A stretch of 60,116 bases of DNA, filler included. It is 4 parts of 4 records of this genome, joined end to end, with 100 filler letters (N's around TTAATTAATTAA, not from the genome) between each part and the next. Parts side by side here need not be neighbours in the genome. Positions count along the whole stretch, not along the records: positions 32,982 to 52,323 come from SRR31156797_13151; positions 52,424 to 60,116 come from SRR31156797_13156; 2 more parts are not named here. One strand, written 5' to 3'. Positions 47,666 through 55,981 of this stretch are shown here, piece after piece. Each line of letters starts with the position of its first letter. The first letter of the stretch is position 1. The notes beneath the pieces were generated by a model. It had not been told where the DNA came from. It ran no database searches and saw nothing but the letters and a program-made list of their open reading frames with translations. The position numbers were made by a program, and so were the translations under genes.

Positions 47666-48834
47666 TACATAATTCCTAAGTTGCCCAGTTCAAGGGTCAC
47701 GTCTTGGATGTCCGTATCTGTGACATAGGCCTGGGTGGGTAGTGTGACAAGGGTCCTGGCAATCTGTTCAGCACCGGGGTACTCGCCCTGGCCCGCCATA
47801 TACTCCTTAAGCGCTTCAATTTCGTGCAGCCCTGTCGGATAGGACGGTACAACCCCGTACTCGGTCATGACTGCATCCGGCGATGCATCAAGCAGGGGCA
47901 AACGCAGCCAGACAGACTCGGCCCTGTTGATCAACGTCGGAAATTTTCTGTCGGGCAAGTGGGCCATCCACTTGGCGGCCAGTCGTTTTCGATCCAGATT
48001 GATCCCATCAAGACGGCGTAGCATCTGTTCGCCCAATCCGCACTGGAACGGGCTTAATTCCATCACCTCGAAATTAGGATCGAAGTGGGACTCACCCAGC
48101 TTCAGGAATGGCAGGCTGTTCGGGATCCAGTAGAGCCGGGGGTGCATGAGAAAACACAGAGCCAGGGCCATAACACTGATTTTGATCATGCCGGGAATTT
48201 TGATTTTTTCGGGTCGGCTTTTTTCCAGTGCCTGGGCCAGTGCGGCATGGCGTGTCACCAGGATACCGCCGTCAACAGCGGAAACATTCTTGCCCCGGCT
48301 CAAGCTGAAAAGACCTAGGTCACCCATGGTGCCTGCCTGTTTTCCCTTGTAAGTGGCCCCCATGGCCTGTGCTGCATCATCAAAAAGCGGCACCGAATGT
48401 TTGTCGGCGATTTTGGAGATGGGATCCATGTCTGCCGGGCAGCCGAACAGGTGGCAGACCAGGATACACAGGGTTTTATCCGTGATTGCGTGCTCAAGGC
48501 TTGCCAAATCAGGGCTCATGGTCTCCGGGTCTATATCATAAAGGCTGACCTTGAACCCTGCCTGAACCACGGCCGAGGGCACGGAAAATGAGGTGTAGGC
48601 AGGAATCAGGACTTCGTCCTTTTCAGGATGGAGCATGTTTAATGCGGTCAGGCCCGCACTGATGGCTCCGCGGCCGGACGAATAAAGAAAGGTGTACTTC
48701 TGGGAAAAACGGCCGGCAATCTGCTGCTTGAACCGCTCAATGCTGCCGTTGCCGTCAAGTGCTGCGCGCAAGCCGTGAAAGATGTCCGCAATGGTGAAAG
48801 GTACACCGGAAGGAGCCAGGGCGCGGTATGTCAC
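47665..48834 (-). CDS. DegT/DnrJ/EryC1/StrS PLP-dependent aminotransferase
   Basis: SSGR, PAYT, HLFG, DDAAQAMG, FSLSRGK. Start reassigned to GTG 48834 (GTGA overlap with the FemAB stop). Confidence 0.85.
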   Translation of the reverse strand: MTYRALAPSGVPFTIADIFHGLRAALDGNGSIERFKQQIAGRFSQKYTFLYSSGRGAISAGLTALNMLHPEKDEVLIPAYTSFSVPSAVVQAGFKVSLYDIDPETMSPDLASLEHAITDKTLCILVCHLFGCPADMDPISKIADKHSVPLFDDAAQAMGATYKGKQAGTMGDLGLFSLSRGKNVSAVDGGILVTRHAALAQALEKSRPEKIKIPGMIKISVMALALCFLMHPRLYWIPNSLPFLKLGESHFDPNFEVMELSPFQCGLGEQMLRRLDGINLDRKRLAAKWMAHLPDRKFPTLINRAESVWLRLPLLDASPDAVMTEYGVVPSYPTGLHEIEALKEYMAGQGEYPGAEQIARTLVTLPTQAYVTDTDIQDVTLELGNLGIM

Positions 48835-49886
48835 GGGATGTTTCTCACAATGGGCGGGCCGATGATCTTGGTCAGCTCCACCGGCAGTTTCTGCCAAACC
48901 TTGATGGCGAGCTGGAACTTGGTGTTCTCGGGATTCATCTCCGGCAGTTCGCCGCCATTTGCCATGACATACTGCCAGTTGAGCTGCACCGGCTGGGCAC
49001 CCCACTGCTTTTTGAAGCGGTACGTGCCCTTGTTCGGAGTGGAGCGACCGAAATCAAAAGTGTTGCAACCCGACGTGCAGGCATGCTCCAGCAGGGTCCA
49101 GTAGAGGAGGTTGTTGGGACACAACGGGTTGTAGACCCGTATGGACGATGCCCAGGGGATTTCGAACATACCTTTGTACCAGGTGCTGAAACCGGCACAG
49201 ATACAGCCGTCATCCGGGTGGTTCACCGTGAATATACGGGTGGTGGCCGGAAATGCGTCAAGTACATTCTTGAAGAGTGACCGGGAATAGACGGGCGTGC
49301 CTAAATCACGCATGTTCCGGGCGAACACCTTGTAAAAATCGTCAAGAAGTTCATGGCGGCCGGAGGCGGCCGTGAGTCCGGACTTTTCGGCCTTGCGAAT
49401 CTGATTGCGTACCTTGGCCTTGAATCCCTTCCACAACACTTTCGGATCCGGGTCGAGGCCAAGCCGCATGGTCACCTTGTGCGTCTTGGCGGGTAATCCC
49501 TCTGCCACCTCACCGATGTGGCGAAGCTCCAAAAAATCTGCCCTGTTCTCTAAAACCAACGTTTCTGCCCGGTCAAGCAGCAAGTTTACAACACGGGGGT
49601 CGCGTGCCAGGATGCCGCCGAAATTGAAGAACGGGAGTGAGGTCAAAAATGTGCCGAACAACCGGCTTTTCATTAAGACCACAGGCAGGATGCCATGGAT
49701 CGTGCCTGACTCGTCTTTTGCCCACAGGGGGCAGGCACGGTGTCCAAAGGTTTTCTCCACCACACCGAGCCAGCCGGTCTGGTGGTAGTTGGCTGCACCG
49801 TCAGTTTGATGGACAAACCCATCCCAGGCCTCAACGTCGGCGGACGAAGACAGGTCGGCCAGTGAAACCGATATCCCGTTAGGCAT
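48831..49886 (-). CDS. FemAB-family protein of the PEP-CTERM/exosortase system
   Basis: LFGTFLTSLPFFNFGG, KVRNQIRKA, NMRDLGTPVY, FDFGRS, FKKQWGA. Confidence 0.93.
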   Translation of the reverse strand: MPNGISVSLADLSSSADVEAWDGFVHQTDGAANYHQTGWLGVVEKTFGHRACPLWAKDESGTIHGILPVVLMKSRLFGTFLTSLPFFNFGGILARDPRVVNLLLDRAETLVLENRADFLELRHIGEVAEGLPAKTHKVTMRLGLDPDPKVLWKGFKAKVRNQIRKAEKSGLTAASGRHELLDDFYKVFARNMRDLGTPVYSRSLFKNVLDAFPATTRIFTVNHPDDGCICAGFSTWYKGMFEIPWASSIRVYNPLCPNNLLYWTLLEHACTSGCNTFDFGRSTPNKGTYRFKKQWGAQPVQLNWQYVMANGGELPEMNPENTKFQLAIKVWQKLPVELTKIIGPPIVRNIP

Positions 49887-50016
49887 GAGAACCTCCGATA
49901 TTAATAAAGAAAACAGATTCTTTCAGGTGTAAATTTGTCAGTAGAGTTGTTTGCTGTAAGGTGATAGTCATGAAACTCTCTTTTTCTATTCAGAACAAAA
50001 AAATTAGCGGCAATTG

Positions 50017-50871
50017 TTATCGTTTCTGTGGATGTTTTTTTGATATTCTGCCTAAAAAATAAGACAATAAAAATAATAGAAAAAGCCCCAAAAAAAATAC
50101 AACCATTCCTGAAAATTCATGGAGGAAGCCTTGTGCAAACTGCTTTCCAAATGCAACAGACAACCACGCTGTGATGGATAAACGGAAAATATTAACGAAA
50201 ATAGCAATGGGAATTGAAGATAAAAAAAATAAAAATTTATTAAATTTGTTTGTATCAATAAAAAATGCAAAAGGAACACTTAAGGCCATCATGGTTGTCA
50301 ATGACCTTATACCGGAGCAGGCATCTACCACTTCAAGGGTGATTGTAGGCAAGGTTAAAACATTTCCTTCCCTTAGAATTGGCATACCTGAAAATCTGAT
50401 GACTTGCTCGGTTAAAAAGGAGGAAAGCAACTGCAGGGGAAATGCTAATTTATTCCATATGATTGCTGGTATTGGAATCATGAAAATCAGGTAAGCAATA
50501 GGAATAAAAAGTTTTAACGTTATTTTTTTTCCATAAAGAAACAGGCAGATTCCTATAAGCAGAATAATAATAGAAGTTCGTTGAAGGAAATATTCCGCTC
50601 CTATTTTTGCGATAATCAGCTGGGCACAGGCAAAAATAATTATGAATAATCCCAATATGGATGGGTTATGCGGGAGGTTTGTCAGTTCATCCTTTAGGGA
50701 GTAAATTAAATATGCAGCAATAAATGGAATTAAGTATCCATGGGAATAGTTTGGATTTGTGCCCCAAGCCTCGATCATTGTTTCCAGGAAAGGATAATAG
50801 AGCAGTAAGAAACCGATTCCCAAAAGGAAAACAGGACCATAATTATTTTTTATTTTAATTATTTTTTCCAT
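50017..50871 (-). CDS. Exosortase (EpsH family)
   Basis: YSHGYLIP, REGN, VVDACSGIRSL (Cys), NIFR (Arg), LHEFSG (His). Likely start ATG 50871. Confidence 0.93.
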   Translation of the reverse strand: MEKIIKIKNNYGPVFLLGIGFLLLYYPFLETMIEAWGTNPNYSHGYLIPFIAAYLIYSLKDELTNLPHNPSILGLFIIIFACAQLIIAKIGAEYFLQRTSIIILLIGICLFLYGKKITLKLFIPIAYLIFMIPIPAIIWNKLAFPLQLLSSFLTEQVIRFSGMPILREGNVLTLPTITLEVVDACSGIRSLTTMMALSVPFAFFIDTNKFNKFLFFLSSIPIAIFVNIFRLSITAWLSVAFGKQFAQGFLHEFSGMVVFFLGLFLLFLLSYFLGRISKKHPQKR

Positions 50872-51517
50872 TAACTTCGCTGCCTGGAATAAATTGGGCG
50901 GATAATTCATTAATTTTATTTATAAAAATCATTGTATCTTCTGTGTTGGATTCCCCTTCATGGTTTGGATAACTAACAACCCGGATGAACGAGCCATCCC
51001 GTCTTCCTTTAAAAACAGCGTCAAGCACTAGATATATCTTTTCAAGGTACTCAGAGTAAATAACCCTGCCACGGTTATAATACCAATAGTAGCCATAACT
51101 ATGACTACCGCTATGAGATAAAGTAAGTTTTTTGATTTTATCGCGATTCTTATGTAGTTCAATAATTTTTGTATTCATAATTTTTACCCCTCCACCTGGC
51201 AGGCAATTGAGGGGAGAGTGGTATGAACCGGTAACACCGACAGCATCAAAATAGCTTATGTATAAATTGATGAGGCTTCCTTTTGGGGAGATATAGTTAA
51301 AACTGATATAATCTGTAACCCCAAGCATGTCGGATATATTTTCAGACAGATCATGGGAGTCTATTTTTTTCCAATCACCGATCTGTTCCGGAAAATCTGA
51401 CAAGGGCTTTAATATCGGCGTTGGTTTAACAGAGTCTGATTTCTGGATCACAATAAATGTGACCATAAAAACAGCCAGTATAATCAGAATTCTTTTATGA
51501 AAATCAGTTATTATCAA
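50855..51517 (-). CDS. epsI: EpsI family exosortase-associated protein
   Basis: LSDFPEQIGDW, HSPLNCLPGGG, YWYYNRGR, RRDGSFIRV. Confidence 0.9.
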   Translation of the reverse strand: MIITDFHKRILIILAVFMVTFIVIQKSDSVKPTPILKPLSDFPEQIGDWKKIDSHDLSENISDMLGVTDYISFNYISPKGSLINLYISYFDAVGVTGSYHSPLNCLPGGGVKIMNTKIIELHKNRDKIKKLTLSHSGSHSYGYYWYYNRGRVIYSEYLEKIYLVLDAVFKGRRDGSFIRVVSYPNHEGESNTEDTMIFINKINELSAQFIPGSEVNGKNN

Positions 51518-52323
51518 GATAGTCTTTACAGGATAAAAAGTTGTAATGTGAAAAGTTATTAATTAATTTACAAAGCCTGCTTTCTGTTTTTGCCTGGTTA
51601 ACATAGTGGCGGAATTTAAAACTCATAGGGGCTTGATCAACTTTTGGCTGGGCAGGATCAAATTCCCATGGATGGGAGTAAAATACAAACGCATCCTCAT
51701 GTTTGAGAATTTGACGCATACCGTATAGAAAAAGACCTAAAGGAAAAAGCCTGAAATATCCGCCTCCGCCAAGGGGTATGGTCTTGGATCCAAACTTAAG
51801 GTTGCTGATTGGAATTTCATACAAATCATTGTCAAGTTTGTAAAGCGATTTGTCTAAAATTTTGCCGGGCAGACTGATCGTTCCGTATCTGCCATGCATG
51901 GAAAAAGAATTGTAACTGGAATCATAGAGATGTCCGGTCTTTTTTATTATTTGCAAAATATTGTCATTAATTGCAAAGCTTGGTGCACGGTATCCGTAAA
52001 CAGCCGTTCCTATTATATCTTCTAAGAGGCTCTTTCCGTCTTTTAAATCCCGTTCTAACTCTTCTGGTGTAAGCGCTGTACATAGATGATGATTTTTTCC
52101 GTGGGAAGCAATTTCATGCCCCCTCCCGCTTATTTCACGGACGAGGTGGGGTAGTTTTTTAGCGATCCATCCCAATATAAAGAAAGTGGCCTTGGGTTTG
52201 AAATCAAAAGAATCCAAAAGGTCTAATATTTTGTGAACATTTTTTTCAACCCTCAATTCCTGATTATTCCAGGATGAGAACGAAATATTTCCTTTAAAGT
52301 TTTCAACCTGGAACCAGTCTTCT
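51504..52323 (-). CDS. XrtA-system polysaccharide deacetylase (DUF3473), 5' truncated
   Basis: EDWFQVEN (hand translation at contig edge), ATFFILGW, GHEIASHG, GYRAPSF, GGGYFRL, HPWEFDP. Confidence 0.92.
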
Positions 52324-52423
52324 NNNNNNNNNNNNNNNNNNNNNNNNNNNNNNNNNNNNNNNNNNNNTTAATTAATTAANNNNNNNNNNNNNNNNNNNNN
52401 NNNNNNNNNNNNNNNNNNNNNNN
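52324..52423. other. Artificial contig-joining spacer
   Basis: N-run with central TTAATTAATTAA. Confidence 0.98.
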
Positions 52424-52428
52424 TTAAT

Positions 52429-52456
52429 CTCACTACTCACCACTCATAACTCACAT
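52429..52456 (+). repeat. Degenerate heptamer tandem repeat (CTCAYNN x4)
   Basis: CTCACTA CTCACCA CTCATAA CTCACAT at contig start. Confidence 0.55.
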
Positions 52457-52493
52457 CTTTCATATAAAGAAAAAAAGAGGTGCCGGTCAAGGA

Positions 52494-53603
52494 ATGCTTG
52501 CCGAAAAAATAGATAAATCGTTTGAGGAAATTTATACGGTCCGTCCGGGTAAGGATGCGGCGGGTGATCATATTTTTTCTTTGCTGTTGAAAAGAACCTA
52601 TGATATCCAGCCCCATTCCCCGGCCAAACGATCAGAGCGATTCGAAGGCCTGGTAGAAAACGATATATATTACGATAACGGTGATCCCCAATGGGCGTGT
52701 GTAAAGTATGAATCCGACCTGGCTCCCTACAAGATAGCCACGGATGTTGTATTGATCGGCAAAGCCTATGCGCCTCATGGGAAACCCGTCAACATGCTGG
52801 ATGCCGTCATTGAAATCGGGGAAAACCAAAAGGTGGTCCGGGTTATCGGGGACCGGAAATGCATGTATGGGAATCCGGAGCCGTTGTTTACCGAGCCGGC
52901 TGCATTCAGGCAAATGGAACTGCGGTATGAAAAGGCGTATGGAGGGTGGGACCGGAACAGTGATCCGGAAATGCCCTTTGCCTATCCCCGAAATCCTTTG
53001 GGTACCGGCATTGCAGTTAAAAATATTCCGGAAGTCATTGACGGACTTGTATTGCCAAACCTGGAAGATCCAAAAGATTTGCTGACCCCTGAGCGAATTG
53101 TAATGGGAGAGGCAAACGCGTGGAACCGGCAGCCGTTGCCCCAGGGATTTGGCTGGTTTCAAAAAACATGGTACCCGCGCTGTTCTTTTGTGGGAGCCGT
53201 TCCCGGATTTGTGGATATGGATGAGGTGATGCGTGAAGAAGCCCTTGGCCTGGTCCCGCAAAACCAGATTGCCCTGGCCCGTCAATTTAAGCTGCCGGGC
53301 TTTGACGTTCGGTTTAACAATGGGGCATCATTGGGATTGTCACTGCCCTATCTTTCCGGTGATGAAACCATCAGGCTCAAACATTTGACGCCGGACGGTG
53401 ATCTTTCCTTTGTATTGCCCGGTGAAGCGCCATGTATGATGATGGACATCGGTTTGGGTGAAAAAGAACTGACACCGGTGCTTCATACGGTGTGTATCCG
53501 AATGGAAGATATGCAGGTTGATTTGGTGTGGCGCGGGGCACACACCTATCCGGGGGTTGATTGGCTGCCGGAAATGAAAAAACTTGAAACGGCCATATGT
53601 TAA
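52494..53603 (+). CDS. DUF2169 T6SS effector adaptor, copy 1
   Basis: YESDLAPYKIATDVVLIGKAYAP, YEKAYGG, NPLGTG, LPNLEDP, PQGFG, LHTVCI, LVWRG. Confidence 0.9.
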   Translation: MLAEKIDKSFEEIYTVRPGKDAAGDHIFSLLLKRTYDIQPHSPAKRSERFEGLVENDIYYDNGDPQWACVKYESDLAPYKIATDVVLIGKAYAPHGKPVNMLDAVIEIGENQKVVRVIGDRKCMYGNPEPLFTEPAAFRQMELRYEKAYGGWDRNSDPEMPFAYPRNPLGTGIAVKNIPEVIDGLVLPNLEDPKDLLTPERIVMGEANAWNRQPLPQGFGWFQKTWYPRCSFVGAVPGFVDMDEVMREEALGLVPQNQIALARQFKLPGFDVRFNNGASLGLSLPYLSGDETIRLKHLTPDGDLSFVLPGEAPCMMMDIGLGEKELTPVLHTVCIRMEDMQVDLVWRGAHTYPGVDWLPEMKKLETAIC

Positions 53604-54739
53604 CAATGAACAATTTGGAAAACCAAAAAGAGATGCCTCCATCTGAAGCCAATAATGGGGATGTGGTGAGAAAAATCGTTCTTCCCGGCCAATCTCCTGA
53701 AGGCGAACATATCTTAAGCGTTCTGGTGAAGCGGACCTATGATATTGTGCCGGATAGGAGATGCACCCGAGCAGAATCGGACAGGAAGCTGATCCCCGGG
53801 GATGTACACTATGGCGATCCCATGAATTCCTGTGTTCAGTATGAGGCTGATTTTATTCCTTATAAATTGGCAACAGACATCGTGTTAAATGGAAAAGCAT
53901 ATGCTCCGGCAGGATCATCCGTCCGGCAACTGACCGCCAGCATAGCCGTGGGGCAGTTTCGAAAAGATATCCTGGTGACCGGGGACCGCGTCTGCTCATT
54001 TCAGGGAAAGGGAAAAGCCGTATTTTCAGAGCCGAAACCCTTTGAAACCATGGATATTCGTTACGAAAACGCTTATGGCGGTATTGATATTCATTCCGAT
54101 CCCCAACTGCCCTGTGCCTATCCCCGCAATCATTTAGGGTGCGGTTTTGTTGCGGGAAACGGCAAAAATAAGATGGAAAATCTTTCTTTACCAAATATCG
54201 AAGATCCGGGTGACCCGCTCACACCGGAACGAATTTTTACAGGCCGGATCAAGCAGTGGGAACAACAACCCATGCCCCAGGGATTAGGATGGTTTGCCAA
54301 AAGCTGGCAGCCACGGGCCGGCCTGGCCGGTGTCATGCCTGCAGACAAGGCATTTGAACAAGAACTCAGGCAAGCTTACAAAGCAGCCATTCCGGCTGCA
54401 CAGCAAAAAGTATATGAAGACACCAAGCTGCCGGACATGGATTTTCGTTTTTTTAATGGGGCTTCCCAAGGGTTGGTGGTTCCGTTTTTAAACGGAAATG
54501 AATCCTGTCACCTGGCCCATTTAACCCCTGAGTGTCAATTGAACTTCCGGTTACCGGGAGATATACCCGGAATCGGTATAGACATCGGTAACGGCATACA
54601 GAGACCCGATGTTGTTCTGCATACTGTGATGATTCATGCCCAAGAACGGCAACTGGATCTTGTATGGCGGGGCGCAGTTTCTTACCCGGGTCCGGACTGG
54701 CTACCTGAAATGCGCAAGATGGAGGTGGATATCCAATGA
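53597..54739 (+). CDS. DUF2169 T6SS effector adaptor, copy 2
   Basis: YEADFIPYKLATDIVLNGKAYAP, YENAYGG, LPNIEDP, RFFNGA, LHTV, LVWRG. Confidence 0.9.
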   Translation: MLTMNNLENQKEMPPSEANNGDVVRKIVLPGQSPEGEHILSVLVKRTYDIVPDRRCTRAESDRKLIPGDVHYGDPMNSCVQYEADFIPYKLATDIVLNGKAYAPAGSSVRQLTASIAVGQFRKDILVTGDRVCSFQGKGKAVFSEPKPFETMDIRYENAYGGIDIHSDPQLPCAYPRNHLGCGFVAGNGKNKMENLSLPNIEDPGDPLTPERIFTGRIKQWEQQPMPQGLGWFAKSWQPRAGLAGVMPADKAFEQELRQAYKAAIPAAQQKVYEDTKLPDMDFRFFNGASQGLVVPFLNGNESCHLAHLTPECQLNFRLPGDIPGIGIDIGNGIQRPDVVLHTVMIHAQERQLDLVWRGAVSYPGPDWLPEMRKMEVDIQ

Positions 54740-55131
54740 GTGGACAACAATACTACGGAAAACCGCAGCCGGTCAATTTCATGGCTGTTTTTGGTGGGAT
54801 TATTCTGGCTGGTGTGGTGGGCTATGCAGTTTTTATGGGAATCAACTCTTTTGGATTAGAGGAAAAAAAAGGCAGTGCCGTTATTACGGAGAAGGGGTAC
54901 CGTGAGGCGGGTAAAACATATATCACACAAAAAATAGGGAACCGGATCCAGAGCGTGCCCCAAATCACCCCTGAGGCGTATATATTAACAATGAAAATTG
55001 ACGGTAATAAAACGCAATTTCCAACCACCAGGGCTCTATATCAAGCAATTGATACCGGTGACAGGGTCAATGTCATGTATATCCGGAAACGGATTACCGG
55101 TTCGCTTCAGATTGTGGATGTGAAACGGTAG
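54736..55131 (+). CDS. Small single-TM protein with OB-fold-like C-terminus
   Basis: One TM helix, then a beta-rich region ending LYQAIDTGDRVNVMY; ATGA-coupled to DUF2169 copy 2. Confidence 0.7.
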   Translation: MSGQQYYGKPQPVNFMAVFGGIILAGVVGYAVFMGINSFGLEEKKGSAVITEKGYREAGKTYITQKIGNRIQSVPQITPEAYILTMKIDGNKTQFPTTRALYQAIDTGDRVNVMYIRKRITGSLQIVDVKR

Positions 55132-55159
55132 ACGGTCAACCGCAATAAAGGAGAAGAGA

Positions 55160-55930
55160 ATGCCGCTTTTTCCGGCCAGCAAATTGATGGATACGGTAGT
55201 CGGCGTAGATGTTCATGCCGTTGTGGGCGTACCGGTCCATCCATATTTCGGTCCCATATATCTCTGGCACTCACCCAAGTTCCCATCAGCGGACGTGCTG
55301 ATTAACGGAATGCCGGCGTGTACGGTGGGTGCCATGGGATATTTTGTTCATATTCCCCAGGGGGTTCCGGTGCCGCCCACGCCCACCAACGCGTCTTACT
55401 GGACCCGTTACCTGACCAATATCGCCATGGGCGTGGTGCTCATGGCTCTCACGACCCTGGCCAATATCGCCATTGCCGGTATTGCCGCCATGATTCCCAA
55501 GCCAAAAAGCGCGGAGGATTTTATCAAGGATGTGACGGGTATTGACACGACCAACGCTGTGACGACCTGGGAGACCGTTAAAGGCAGTTTTGCCGCATTT
55601 ACCCAGTGGCAGACCTGGGTAAAATTGCTGATGCCGCCTATACCCTATCCGGGCGCTCAAGGGTCCACCGCCGTGGGCAGTCCCAATGTCACCGTTAACG
55701 GCGGACCACTGGCATTTGCAGCGCCGTTGGTGGCCACATCCTGCAGTGATATCCCCGTGGTTCCCAATGCCGTGACACTGGGATTTTCAAATGTAATGGT
55801 CGGGGTGAGTATGGCGGCTTTGATACGGGGTATTGCCGTGAGTACAGCACAAGGGGCGGTTTCCGCCGGGGTCGGGGCCGGGGTGTCCCGGTTTCAAAGC
55901 CGAAGGCAAGGCCGAAGAAGTGGCGGCTGA
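55160..55930 (+). CDS. Stand-alone PAAR-like spike-tip protein with hydrophobic insert (Rhs N-terminal module)
   Basis: ASKLMDTVVGVDVH, PVHPYFG, VLINGMPA, GSPNVTVNGGP, NVMVG; hydrophobic helices; RBS AGGAG. Confidence 0.75.
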   Translation: MPLFPASKLMDTVVGVDVHAVVGVPVHPYFGPIYLWHSPKFPSADVLINGMPACTVGAMGYFVHIPQGVPVPPTPTNASYWTRYLTNIAMGVVLMALTTLANIAIAGIAAMIPKPKSAEDFIKDVTGIDTTNAVTTWETVKGSFAAFTQWQTWVKLLMPPIPYPGAQGSTAVGSPNVTVNGGPLAFAAPLVATSCSDIPVVPNAVTLGFSNVMVGVSMAALIRGIAVSTAQGAVSAGVGAGVSRFQSRRQGRRSGG

Positions 55931-55981
55931 GGGAGATAACCTGGGTCCGGTCGGACCCGTAGAATTGTAAAGGAAATGTAA

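Noticed and set aside
48835-49005. N-terminal extension of the DegT ORF overlapping femAB (likewise 12683-12799 for tssA and 50872-50910 for exosortase)
   Set aside because: Longest-ORF artefacts; better-supported downstream starts exist.
55931-55981. Single frameshift or readthrough joining PAAR and Rhs
   Set aside because: Three in-frame stops (55928, 55937, 55979), stops in both other frames, and a separate RBS/ATG.
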